The translations under genes and the position numbers were made by a program. A DNA stretch of 64,000 bases from Anaerolineales bacterium UBA4826 (GTDB lineage Bacteria > Chloroflexota > Anaerolineae > UBA4142), in the NCBI GenBank assembly GCA_002400365.1, contig DHFK01000087.1, positions 9,635 to 73,634 on the forward strand, written 5' to 3'. Shown one piece after another: positions 17,041 through 25,940 of the stretch. Below the pieces are notes generated by a model. It had not been told where the DNA came from. It ran no database searches and was given only the letters and a program-made list of their open reading frames with translations. How positions within the stretch are numbered: position 1 is the stretch's first letter; each line of letters begins with the position of its first letter.

Positions 17041-19878
17041 TCAGGGCAGGTCGAGCGCCGGAAGCAGCACGCGGTCTTCCGCGGCGCTGGTTTTCAAGCG
17101 CACGCCGGTCGCTGGATCGTACACACCAATTTCGATTGGGTACATGCCCGGCGGCAAATCGGCGGGCAGCGTCAGCGTGTGCGCGTCGGCCATGTATTCG
17201 CCCTCGATCCAGCCGGTCGTCGGGAATTGATCGTTGCCCGGCGGCGCATCGCCAACGGCGATGACGTTGTTCTGCGCGTCGAGCAGGTGCACGAACACGG
17301 TGTACGGCGTATCCATGAGCGCGAGCGCGCGCCAGTACAAAGTCACCTGCGCGGTGGATTGTTTTGAATCTATTTGCAGATCGTAACCCAATAACTTGAT
17401 TTTCTGATCGAACGCCGCTTCCAGCGCGCGCGGAATGTTTGGCGCAGTCATCACCCGCGCGCGATTCTTTATTTCGATGCTTCCCAGGTCAACGACCGTG
17501 GCGCGGAACGGCAGCAAAGGCGTACCCAGCAGTTGATTGTTCCGCGCGACCGCGAGTTTCACCGCGTACTTGCCGTCGGCGACGTTCGCGGGGATACGCA
17601 TCGGGGACCAATCGCGCACGTACGTGTGCGGCTGCCACTGGAAGGGAGGATAGCCAACGCTGATGAGCGTATCGCGGCTAGTGATTTGTCTTCCTTCGGA
17701 ATCATCCAGCCAGATCCGCGCCATCAGATTGTCCGGCAGTTTCAGCGCGCCCGCGCGCCACAACAAGGTCAGCGGGAGCGCGTCGCCAGGTCGCGCCGGC
17801 GCGCTCGCGTCGAGCGCATAACCGACGAGAGACAACACGCCAAAGTCGGCGTCGGCGATCCGCGCGACGTTCCACGCGTCGAGCGAATAGCCGGCGAGCG
17901 ACAGCGCCAAGTACTCGGCGGCTGCGTGCGCGCCGTTCCGCGGGTCGCGGCGCGGCGCTGTAACGTCCGCCTCGAGCGTGATCTTATCGAGATCGCGCTG
18001 ACCGATCACGCCGCCGGAATTCGCGTCGTACAACGTCACGTTGACGATGTACTCGCCGGGCGTGACGCCCAACCACAGCGGCACCGCGTACGTATCAACG
18101 ATGATTTCGCCGGCGCGCCACGCGGTCGTGGGGTACGCGTCGAGCACGGGGCGGTGATCGGTTTGTCCGACGACGCGTCGATCGCGGCGTAGCACTTTGA
18201 CCGAGACCATTACGTCGCTTTCGATTTTTTGCGCGGCGAGCCAATGCAGTGTCACGCGCAGGCCGCGCCCGTTCTCCGCGTGCCAGCGACCGGGAAGCGC
18301 GTTGAGTCGCGCCGGGTCTAATTCGACCCCAAGCAGGGTGATGTCCGCGCCAAAGGACTCGCCGAGCCATTGCGCGTGCTTGGGATCGCCCATGACCGGT
18401 TGCGGGTTCACGCGGATGAGAGGACCGAGCGAACTCAGCGAGTATTTCTTCGCCGCGCCTTTCAGTTGTCGCGTGAGATAGACGACGCGGTTTTGTCTCA
18501 GCGCGTCGGCGATGGCAGCCAGGCGCGCGTCCTCTTTGTCGGCGGCGATCGTCTGGACGTCGGGGCGCAGACCTTGCGTCTCTTGAAAATAACGCAGCAG
18601 CGTCATCTCGCCCTGAATGCCGATAATCGTCGCGTTATTTTCGAGCGGCTGATTCAAGATGTCGAGACCATAGTCGTGGACGTCCCATTTGTTGGCTAGT
18701 TGGTTAGTTGGATAGTTGGCTAGCAACAGGTTAGCGGGAATGAGAAACAGGAGCCATCCAACTAAAAGGGTGAGTGGCGCAAAACGTGAAACGTAAAACG
18801 TAAAGGACTGGAGTGCGTCAATGCCTACGCTGAGGAAGAGCGCGAGCAAGAGAAACATCGTGAGAAAGTGGACTTGCACATTGGCGGTGTGATAATTGAA
18901 CGCAAAGCCGGCTTCGGCGAGCAGCGCGACGGCAAGCAACACCCATTCGCGCGGGCGGCGCAGCAGCGCGACGACGCCGAGCGCGGCGAGCGCGATGCCC
19001 GCGACAGTGAATTGCGCGTTGAATAGCGACCAATAAAAGGCGGCATCGTGTTGGACGTTAAACGGGTTGCCGAAAAAAGTAAAGTACTGTTGCGCTGTCA
19101 CCCACGCGATGAATCCTTGCAGTGTGTTTTCGTACGTGCCGTCGGCGGAGCCAACGCTGCCGCGCAAGGGCAGATATAGGTAAAGCAGCAATGGCGCAAT
19201 GAAAAGCAACGCGGCGCGCGCAAGCGTCTTGAAATCGCGGAGGATGGAGCGATCAACGAGTAAAACGTAAACCGTAATGGCAGGGTAGAGGAGCAAGATG
19301 AGCCGATGGTGAGTCAGCCCCAGCCCCATCGTGAACGCGAGCGCGTAGAACCTGCCCTGAGCGGAGCCGAAGGGGCGGTGGCGCGCGGCATCTGCGTTTC
19401 CGCGCGCGTGCTCTTCACGCCAGGCGAGCGCGAGGTAGAGCAGGATCGCGACGATCAGCATCTGCGTCGAGTACGTTTCCGCGATGACCGCTTGCGACCA
19501 AAAGGTCGGTCCGACCGCGAACGTCAGCGCGCCGATTAGCGCGGCGATGCGGTACGCGGTGAGGTGACGAATGACCAGGTACACCATTGCCACGGCGAGC
19601 GCGCCGTTCAGTGCGGAAAGCAAATTCAGCCGGAACGCGGGGGCGTTGAGCGGCACGATTAGCGTGAACAGTTTGCCGAGAAGCGCGTAAAACGGATAGC
19701 CCGTCTGGTGAATGATGCCGAGGCGCGGGACGACGTACTGAAACTCTAGCGTGTCGTCGAAGAGGAACGCCACCGAGGGCGCGAGTGTGCGCAGGTACAG
19801 CGCGCACGCGAGAAGGCAGATGAGCGCGCTGATCAGCGCGTCGCGGCGAGCGTTCCAGAGATGGGTTAGCGTTTTCAT
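17041..19878 (-). CDS. DUF2723-type polytopic membrane glycosyltransferase-like protein
   Basis: 945 aa. N-terminal DDTLEFQYVVPRLGIIHQTGYPFYALLGKLF resembles the DUF2723/TMEM260 signature. Many TM segments, then a large soluble C-terminal domain. Confidence 0.75.
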   Translation of the reverse strand: MKTLTHLWNARRDALISALICLLACALYLRTLAPSVAFLFDDTLEFQYVVPRLGIIHQTGYPFYALLGKLFTLIVPLNAPAFRLNLLSALNGALAVAMVYLVIRHLTAYRIAALIGALTFAVGPTFWSQAVIAETYSTQMLIVAILLYLALAWREEHARGNADAARHRPFGSAQGRFYALAFTMGLGLTHHRLILLLYPAITVYVLLVDRSILRDFKTLARAALLFIAPLLLYLYLPLRGSVGSADGTYENTLQGFIAWVTAQQYFTFFGNPFNVQHDAAFYWSLFNAQFTVAGIALAALGVVALLRRPREWVLLAVALLAEAGFAFNYHTANVQVHFLTMFLLLALFLSVGIDALQSFTFYVSRFAPLTLLVGWLLFLIPANLLLANYPTNQLANKWDVHDYGLDILNQPLENNATIIGIQGEMTLLRYFQETQGLRPDVQTIAADKEDARLAAIADALRQNRVVYLTRQLKGAAKKYSLSSLGPLIRVNPQPVMGDPKHAQWLGESFGADITLLGVELDPARLNALPGRWHAENGRGLRVTLHWLAAQKIESDVMVSVKVLRRDRRVVGQTDHRPVLDAYPTTAWRAGEIIVDTYAVPLWLGVTPGEYIVNVTLYDANSGGVIGQRDLDKITLEADVTAPRRDPRNGAHAAAEYLALSLAGYSLDAWNVARIADADFGVLSLVGYALDASAPARPGDALPLTLLWRAGALKLPDNLMARIWLDDSEGRQITSRDTLISVGYPPFQWQPHTYVRDWSPMRIPANVADGKYAVKLAVARNNQLLGTPLLPFRATVVDLGSIEIKNRARVMTAPNIPRALEAAFDQKIKLLGYDLQIDSKQSTAQVTLYWRALALMDTPYTVFVHLLDAQNNVIAVGDAPPGNDQFPTTGWIEGEYMADAHTLTLPADLPPGMYPIEIGVYDPATGVRLKTSAAEDRVLLPALDLP
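18691..18805. repeat. two simple-repeat patches inside the DUF2723 CDS
   Basis: GTTGGNTA x4 at 18691-18722, read as LANYPTNQLANK. AAAACGTGAAACGTAAAACGTAAAGG at 18778-18805, read as SFTFYVSRFA, uses the same ACGTAAA unit as the intergenic arrays at 40831 and 43261. Confidence 0.7.
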
Positions 19879-20036
19879 TGCGGCGAGATGATAACACAGA
19901 GTACGGAGAATCGCAAAAGTGAATGGTTTGTTGTATAATCACAGGAGAAATTCGATTCTGGAACAGCGACGCGCGGCACAACCTTGAAGCGGTGTTGGCG
20001 ACGATTTCAGAGAGGTTGCCAGACCGCGCGGAGAAA

Positions 20037-20156
20037 CGTCTTGACAATGTTGGATTAGCCACAGAGCGCACAGAGGACGCAGAGAAAAATCTGTTCTTTC
20101 CTCTGTGTTCTCTGTGTCCTCTGTGGCGGAAAGGAAAATGTAACATTGTCAAGACG
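20037..20156. repeat. 120-nt compound hairpin: 15-bp outer stem plus CACAGAG-unit inner arms
   Basis: CGTCTTGACAATGTT (20037-20051) is the perfect complement of AACATTGTCAAGACG (20142-20156). The inner arms are CCACAGAG CGCACAGAG GACGCAGAG versus CTCTGTGTT CTCTGTGTC CTCTGTGG. Confidence 0.9.
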
Positions 20157-20191
20157 TGAAAACCCTATGTCGTGACATCGAGGAGGATGTT

Positions 20192-20851
20192 ATGCTCCGC
20201 TCACTCTTTCGCTTCCTTTGGCTGAGCATCGCCGCTGCGGCAATCACCTGGTTGATCGGCTGCAGTTCCGCGCCGACGCCGACTATCGTCCCATCGCCGA
20301 CAAGCGTCGTTCTGCCGACTCCAGTGCCGAGCGCGATGCTAACCGATACGCCCACGGCGGCGCCCGCGCTCGCGCCAACACAAACGCCGACTGCCACGCC
20401 AACGGTCAAGACGACGCCCACGCGCACGCCGACGCTTGCCGCGGGCACGATGCGCATCAAACTGTTCTTCGTCGCATTGGAGGACAATGGCAAGCGCGGC
20501 AAAAAGATCGGCTGCAACGACAGCATCGTCGCGGTGGATCGCGTTATTCCCGCGACGACGGCGCCGCTGACCGCCGCGCTCAAAGAATTGTTTTCGATTA
20601 GCGAACGCACTTATGGTCCGTCGGGTCTGTACAACGCGCTGGCTCAAGCCAACTTGAAACTGGACAGCGCCGCGGTCGTCAACGGCAAAGCGACCGTCAA
20701 TATCTCCGGCGTTCTGAAACTCGGCGGCGTCTGTGACAATCCCAGAGCCGAAGCGCAGATCAAGGAACTGGTCATGCAGTTCGCGACGGTCAAACAGGCA
20801 AACATCTTCATCAACAACATCCCGATCGAAAAGGCGCTTTCCGAAAAATGA
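20192..20851 (+). CDS. GerMN-domain lipoprotein
   Basis: Lipobox LIGC after a hydrophobic N-terminus, a P/T-rich linker, then a GerMN-like domain. GAGGAGG sits 5 nt upstream of the ATG at 20192. Confidence 0.65.
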   Translation: MLRSLFRFLWLSIAAAAITWLIGCSSAPTPTIVPSPTSVVLPTPVPSAMLTDTPTAAPALAPTQTPTATPTVKTTPTRTPTLAAGTMRIKLFFVALEDNGKRGKKIGCNDSIVAVDRVIPATTAPLTAALKELFSISERTYGPSGLYNALAQANLKLDSAAVVNGKATVNISGVLKLGGVCDNPRAEAQIKELVMQFATVKQANIFINNIPIEKALSEK

Positions 20852-21492
20852 TTCTGACGCCCCTCCCCCTCGTGCGAAAAATCGAACTGGCTTTGCTCGC
20901 GCCCGAATTAGCGCGGCAGGATGTCGAAACGGGCTGCGCCGCGGCAGTGCGCTTGGATTGCGTGTCGGTGTTCGTCAAGCCGCATTATATCCAAGTCGCG
21001 CGCAAGGCGCTGAAGGATACGCACATCAAGGTCGTGTCGGTCGTCGGCTTTCCGCACGGCGGCGTGACCACGGCGACAAAAATGTACGAGACGCAAGACC
21101 TGATTCAGCGCGGCGCGGATGAACTGGCGATGGTCGTCAACCTTGGCGCGCTGCGCGATCGCGACGACTTGGCGGCGCGCAACGACATCGCCGGCGTCGT
21201 CAGGACCGCGCGGGGCAAGCCGATCACGGTGATTCTCGAAACGCCGCGGCTGACCGACGAAGAGAAAACGCGCGGCGGCAAGATCGCCGAGGCGGCCGGC
21301 GCGTCGTTCATCCAAACTGCCACCGGCTTTGCCGGCGACGCGACCGTTGCCGACGTGCGGCTGTTACGCGCCACCTGTCCAGGTCTAAAGGTGCGCGCGG
21401 CGGGCGGAATCCATTCGCCGGCAGACGCGCTGGCGCTGCTCGAAGCCGGCGCAGAACGCGTCGTTGTAAGCGCGAGCGAAAAGATTCTGTGA
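20848..21492 (+). CDS. DeoC/DERA-fold protein lacking the canonical catalytic residues
   Basis: 214 aa with clear class I aldolase DeoC-like motifs (VVGFPHGG, ADELAMVVN, VILET, FIQTATGF, VRAAGGI). The conserved Asp and three Lys positions read A94, T127, Q156 and R183. ATGA overlap with the upstream gene. Confidence 0.8.
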   Translation: MILTPLPLVRKIELALLAPELARQDVETGCAAAVRLDCVSVFVKPHYIQVARKALKDTHIKVVSVVGFPHGGVTTATKMYETQDLIQRGADELAMVVNLGALRDRDDLAARNDIAGVVRTARGKPITVILETPRLTDEEKTRGGKIAEAAGASFIQTATGFAGDATVADVRLLRATCPGLKVRAAGGIHSPADALALLEAGAERVVVSASEKIL

Positions 21493-21500
21493 TGGCTCGG

Positions 21501-21648
21501 GTCATCATTGCGAGCCAACCCAAGCAATCTCCACAGCACGGGGGGATCGCCTGCTTCGCCCTTGGACTTTGCTCAGGGTCGCTCAGCCCCGCATCGTTCG
21601 ACTGCGCCGCTTTGCGGCTCCGCTCACGATGCTCCTCGCAATGATACG
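21501..21648. mobile_element. MITE-like palindromic element (GTCATTGCGAGCC family), long copy
   Basis: Terminal 11-bp inverted repeat: ATCATTGCGAG (21504-21514) versus CTCGCAATGAT (21635-21645). Its internal GCAATCTCCACAGCAC..GGGGATCGC..CTTCGCC block is shared with the copy at 44369-44465. Confidence 0.6.
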
Positions 21649-21669
21649 GCGCGACAAGCCCTCGCGCAT

Positions 21670-21698
21670 TTGAAATCACTGGGAGAGTAGAGTATAAT
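21670..21698 (+). promoter_or_regulatory. promoter candidate TTGAAA-17-TATAAT upstream of moaC
   Basis: TTGAAA 21670-21675, 17-nt spacer, TATAAT 21693-21698. The moaC ATG is at 21735. Confidence 0.55.
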
Positions 21699-21734
21699 GC
21701 GGGCAACCAAATTTCTTGTGCTTCAAACATCACG

Positions 21735-22223
21735 ATGACCCTCTCGCATCTCGACGAACAAGGGCGCGCGCAGATGGTGGACATCAGCGCAAAAGCCGAT
21801 ACCGAACGCGTCGCCATCGCCAAGTGCCAGGTGACGATGCAAGCCGCGACGCTCGCGCTCATCCGCGCCGGCAAGATCGAAAAAGGCGAGGTGTTCGCGG
21901 TCGCGCGCGTCGCGGGAATCATGGCGGCAAAGCGGACGCACGAACTCATTCCGCTGTGTCATCCGCTGCTCGTCACCGATGTCGCGGTTGACTTTGAAAT
22001 TTTGTCCGCCGGCGACGCGCACGCACGCGCGCGCGTCGGCATCACTGGCACGGCGAAAAACGTCGGCAAGACCGGCGTCGAGATGGAAGCGCTCGTCGCG
22101 GTGACGACCGCCGCCCTCACGATCTACGACATGGCGAAAGCAGTGGACCGCGCGATGCGTATCGAGAATGTGCGTTTGGTGTTGAAACGTGGGGGCAAGT
22201 CGGGGGAGATTCAGTTGGAGTGA
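21735..22223 (+). CDS. moaC: cyclic pyranopterin monophosphate synthase MoaC
   Basis: 162 aa. Typical MoaC sequence ([42 protein letters not shown]). Confidence 0.93.
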   Translation: MTLSHLDEQGRAQMVDISAKADTERVAIAKCQVTMQAATLALIRAGKIEKGEVFAVARVAGIMAAKRTHELIPLCHPLLVTDVAVDFEILSAGDAHARARVGITGTAKNVGKTGVEMEALVAVTTAALTIYDMAKAVDRAMRIENVRLVLKRGGKSGEIQLE

Positions 22224-22248
22224 GCGTGTTGCCCCAACGGAGGTAAGC

Positions 22249-22494
22249 ATGGAGTCGGTTAAGCAAGCATTGCATAGCACAATTGAATTGCTGGGCGACG
22301 AAGAAGCGCGCCAGATTCTGGAATTCGCAAGACGACTGCGAGAAAAGGACGCCGTTTCGCCGACACTGCGACGATTGGCTAACGATCCGACATTCAGAAT
22401 TCCCTCGATGGAAAAACTTGCCTTCCGCGTCGTGCAGCCGATCGAGGGGAAAGGCATTGCAGCATCCAGACTCTTGGTGGAGGATCGGCGATGA
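22249..22494 (+). CDS. putative antitoxin partner of the PIN toxin
   Basis: 81 aa. GGAGG sits 6 nt upstream. ATGA overlap with the downstream PIN gene. No family motif I can name. Confidence 0.55.
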   Translation: MESVKQALHSTIELLGDEEARQILEFARRLREKDAVSPTLRRLANDPTFRIPSMEKLAFRVVQPIEGKGIAASRLLVEDRR

Positions 22495-22979
22495 TTCTCT
22501 ACTACCTCGATGCCAGCGCATGGGTCAAGCGCTATTACCGAGAAGCGGGAACAGATTGGGTGCAGAGTTTGTTTTCGCAGAATTCCATGATAGCTTGCGC
22601 ATCCCTGGGTCTAGTGGAAGTAACAGCGACCTTGTCGCGGAAGCGAAAAGCGGGAGAGATTCCAGCCGAACTCTTCGAGCAGAAATCGCAGGAACTCGAA
22701 GAGGATTGGAATCGCCTGATCCAAGTTCAATTCACCGCCGAGGCAGTAGACGCGGCGAGAAAGTCAGCAAGAGAACTTGCGCTCCGCGGAGCCGATGCCA
22801 TTCATCTCGCATCAGCCGTTTTGCTGAGGGGGCGGCTTGCGGAAGGCGATCAGCTGATGCTTGCCACCTCTGATAGTGAACTGAAGAAGGCGGCTCAAGC
22901 ATCTGGTTTCGCTGTGATTGACCCCGGCGAACAAGACGCGCAGTCTGCTCACAATCTACGATATGGCGAACACGGTTGA
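22491..22979 (+). CDS. vapC: PIN-domain ribonuclease toxin (VapC-like)
   Basis: Acidic PIN residues in the expected order (YLDASA, LVEV, GADAIHLA, TSDSEL). The last ~10 codons read out of frame through a moaC-derived remnant. Confidence 0.82.
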   Translation: MILYYLDASAWVKRYYREAGTDWVQSLFSQNSMIACASLGLVEVTATLSRKRKAGEIPAELFEQKSQELEEDWNRLIQVQFTAEAVDAARKSARELALRGADAIHLASAVLLRGRLAEGDQLMLATSDSELKKAAQASGFAVIDPGEQDAQSAHNLRYGEHG

Positions 22980-23055
22980 CCGCGCGATGCGTATCGAGAA
23001 TGTGCGGTTGGTGTTAAAGCGCGGGGGCACGTTGGGAGAAACCAGACTGGAGTAA
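22948..23055 (+). pseudogene. orphan duplicate of the moaC 3-prime end (last 35 codons plus stop)
   Basis: It aligns without gaps to 22116-22223, with 87 of 108 identical by hand count and a 29-nt perfect core. It translates to [35 protein letters not shown], versus [35 protein letters not shown] in moaC. Confidence 0.85.
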
Positions 23056-23058
23056 CCC

Positions 23059-23505
23059 ATGAACACGCGAACACGCTTGGCTCTGGCTCTCAGCGCATTG
23101 CTTTTCCTTCTGATGGTCGCATGCAGCGAGTCCGACAGTCAAATAGCAGTGACAAAGAATTGGATCAATGCCTGCGAGCGTGACGATGCCACGAGTGCTG
23201 GCAAGTTCTGGAGCAAAGTCAATCCAGGGCTTGGCGAGAAGGAAACCAAGTTTCTCTGTGATCTGCGCAAAGAGACCAAATTCAAACTCCACGCGGTGGA
23301 AAAAAGAGACGGCATCATTGCGCTCTTGCAGTCAGGCGAGCAACGTGGCTTACTTGGACTTACTCTGGTGAACAGCGACAGTGGCTGGGTTATTACTGGC
23401 GTCGTATATTCGATCCAGGGCGCGTCCGGTTCTGGGGATGCGCGCTCCGGGTGTGAAATCGGCGCGAAGAAGATAACCAGTTTTGCAGAGTGTTTTTGGT
23501 ATTGA
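23059..23505 (+). CDS. lipoprotein of unknown function
   Basis: 148 aa. Lipobox LMVAC after a signal peptide. Visibly lower GC than the flanks. Confidence 0.6.
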   Translation: MNTRTRLALALSALLFLLMVACSESDSQIAVTKNWINACERDDATSAGKFWSKVNPGLGEKETKFLCDLRKETKFKLHAVEKRDGIIALLQSGEQRGLLGLTLVNSDSGWVITGVVYSIQGASGSGDARSGCEIGAKKITSFAECFWY

Positions 23506-23511
23506 AGAAGA

Positions 23512-24585
23512 ATGAACACCCCTTCCAAACACATCCGCCTCACCTCCTACGCCGCGTGCGCCGGCTGAGCGTCGAAAATCGGCGCTGCCGAACTGGCGCA
23601 AGTTTTGCGCCCCCTGCGCGACAGATTTCAGCCCAAGGATTTTCCCGCGCTCCTCGTCGGTCTCGGCGTCCCGGACGATGCGGCGGTCTATCGTATCAAC
23701 GACTCGACCGCGATCATTCAGACGATGGATTTCTTTCCGCCAGTCGTGGACGACGCGTACGCGTTTGGCGCGATCGCCGCGGCGAACGCCATGAGCGACG
23801 TGTACGCCATGGGCGGCGAGGCGCTTGTCGCGCTCAACATCGCCGCGTGGCGCGACGATTTGCCGCTCGAACTGCTCAGCGATATTTTTCGCGGCGCGGC
23901 GGACAAGGTCGCGGAAGCGGGCGCGGCGATTGCCGGCGGGCACACGATCACCGACGACGAACCAAAATTCGGCTTGGCAGTCACCGGCGTCGTACACCCC
24001 GACCGCATCATCACGAAAGGCGGCGCGCGCGCCGGCGATGCGCTGGTGCTGACCAAGCCGCTCGGCAGCGGCTTGCTCACGACCGCCGGCAAGCACGGCG
24101 TCGTGTCGGACACACATTTGCAGAACGCGATCGCTTGGATGACGCGCCTGAATCGCGGCGCGGCGCAGGCGCTGCAAGCCGTCGGCGTCAAATGCGCGAC
24201 CGACATCACGGGCTATGGCTTGCTCGGTCACGCGTACGAAGTTGCGGAAGCGTCTCACGTCGCGCTGCGCTTCCACGCCGACGCGCTGCCGATTCTCGAC
24301 GGCGCGCTCGAGTACGCGCGCGAACATCAAATCCCCGGCGGCGCAGGGCGCAACAAACTGTACCTGGAAGGCAAGGTCGAGTTCGCGCGCCCGCTCGCCG
24401 ACGCGCTCTACGAGGTTTTGTTCGATCCGCAAACGTCGGGCGGATTGCTCATCGCCGTCCCCGCCGCGCAACTCGACGCGCTCACGCGCGCGCTCAGGTC
24501 GCGTGGAGTTGAACACTGGGTCGTCGGAGAGATAATAGATGAACGAGGAAAGACGAAAGAAACCACGCGCATTCTAGTCGTTTGA
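23512..24585 (+). CDS. selD: selenide, water dikinase SelD with in-frame UGA (selenocysteine) at codon 19
   Basis: The ORF track starts at 23605, but the same frame from the ATG at 23512 reads [34 protein letters not shown]. This matches the SelD N-terminal Cys/Sec-x-x-K glycine-rich loop. The TGA is at 23566-23568. The remaining 326 aa are typical SelD/AIR-synthase-like. Confidence 0.88.
23581..23611 (+). promoter_or_regulatory. candidate bacterial SECIS hairpin
   Basis: GGCGC (23581-23585) can pair with GCGCC (23607-23611), with an inner GCC/GGC helix. Alternatively GGCGCA (23595-23600) can pair with TGCGCC (23606-23611). The structure starts 13 nt after the UGA. Hand-folded only. Confidence 0.35.
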
Positions 24586-24602
24586 TTTCCTTCTCTTCTT
24601 CT

Positions 24603-24637
24603 CTCTCATCTCTCATCTCTCATCTTTCATCTCTTCA
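24603..24637. repeat. CTCTCAT heptamer run upstream of fabF
   Basis: CTCTCAT x3, CTTTCAT, CTCTTCA. This is the complement of the GAAAGAT/GAGAGAT unit family. It sits directly upstream of the fabF SD. Confidence 0.8.
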
Positions 24638-24652
24638 CGAGGAGGTCGTCCA

Positions 24653-25909
24653 ATGTCGGACAATCAACGGCGTGTCGTCGTTACCGGAATGGGCGCAATT
24701 ACGCCGCTCGGCAATTCCGTCGCCAAGACCTGGGCGAATCTGGTCGCGGGCGTCTCGGGCACGCGACGCATCACGCGCTTTGACGCGTCGCGGTTCGCCG
24801 TGCAGATCGCATGCGAGGTCAGCGATTTCAACATCGAGGATTATGCGGAAATTGACCGCAAAGAGGCGCGGCGCATGGACTTGTTCCTGCACTATGCCAT
24901 CGCCGCTAGCGTGGAAGCGTTACGGGACTCGGGCTTGAAGATTGATGAATCGAATTGGGACGAGGTTGGCGCGCTGATCGGTTCGGGTATCGGCGGCTTG
25001 CAGTTGATGTACGACGGCGCGCGCACGCTGCTCGAAAAAGGTCCGATGCGCGTCAGCCCGTTCACGGGACCGTACATGATTCCCAACATGGCGGCGGGCG
25101 AAATCGCGATCCTCTTTGGCGCACGCGGTCCGAATTTTTCGATTGCGTCCGCGTGCGCGACCGGCACCCACGCGATCGGCGAGGCGTACGAAATCATCAA
25201 GCGCGGGGACGCGCAGGCGATGATTACCGGCGGCACCGAAGCGTCGCTCACTGAATTGGGGCTTGCCGCGTTCCATCGCACCCAAGCCATGTCCACGCGT
25301 AACGATGATCCCGCGCACGCGTCGCGTCCATTCGATTTGCAGCGCGATGGCTTCGTCTTTGGCGAAGGCGCCGGCACTCTGATTTTCGAGTCGCTCGAAA
25401 GCGCGCGGGCGCGCAACGCCAAGATCTACGCCGAAGTGGTGGGCTATGCGGCGACCGACGATGCGTTCCACATCAGCGCGCCGGTCGAAGGCGGCGTGGG
25501 CGCGGCAAAGGCAATGCAGCGCGCGCTGAAGAAAGCGGGCTTGGCGCCGGACGCCGTGGACTATATCAACGCGCACGGCACTTCGACCCAGTTGAACGAC
25601 GCGGCGGAGACGACGGCGATCAAAACCGTTTTCGGCGCGCACGCCTACCAGATTCCAATCAGTTCGTCGAAATCCATGCTCGGGCACATGCTCGGCGCCG
25701 CTGGCGCGGTCGAAGCCATCGCGGCGGTGAAGACGATCGAGACCGGCATGATTCATCCGACAATCAACTATGAATTTCCTGATCCCAAGTGCGATCTGGA
25801 TTACGTGCCGAACCACGCGCGTGCGGCGAACGTGCGGGTTGCGATGTCGAACTCGTTCGGCTTCGGCGGGCACAACGCGATTATTCTTTTCAAGAAATTC
25901 GAGAGATAA
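24653..25909 (+). CDS. fabF: beta-ketoacyl-ACP synthase II
   Basis: 418 aa. Active-site Cys motif (SACATG), HGTST and GHMLGAAG motifs. GAGGAGG SD. Confidence 0.95.
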   Translation: MSDNQRRVVVTGMGAITPLGNSVAKTWANLVAGVSGTRRITRFDASRFAVQIACEVSDFNIEDYAEIDRKEARRMDLFLHYAIAASVEALRDSGLKIDESNWDEVGALIGSGIGGLQLMYDGARTLLEKGPMRVSPFTGPYMIPNMAAGEIAILFGARGPNFSIASACATGTHAIGEAYEIIKRGDAQAMITGGTEASLTELGLAAFHRTQAMSTRNDDPAHASRPFDLQRDGFVFGEGAGTLIFESLESARARNAKIYAEVVGYAATDDAFHISAPVEGGVGAAKAMQRALKKAGLAPDAVDYINAHGTSTQLNDAAETTAIKTVFGAHAYQIPISSSKSMLGHMLGAAGAVEAIAAVKTIETGMIHPTINYEFPDPKCDLDYVPNHARAANVRVAMSNSFGFGGHNAIILFKKFER

Positions 25910-25940
25910 CCCTGACAAGGTGACGGGGTGACACGGTGAC

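Noticed and set aside
19934-19939. TATAAT at 19934-19939 as the promoter for the GerMN gene
   Set aside because: The hexamer 17 nt upstream (TCGCAA) matches -35 poorly, and the site is about 250 nt from the start codon. That is not enough support to list it as a feature.
22939-22979. C-terminal tail of the PIN toxin (..SAHNLRYGEHG) as a functional extension
   Set aside because: The tail is the moaC remnant read in a different frame. It is most simply a by-product of the insertion junction.
23350-24516. 388-aa ORF antisense to selD, and a 340-aa ORF in another plus-strand frame
   Set aside because: Both are low-complexity Arg-rich shadow ORFs. The SelD frame has unmistakable family motifs.
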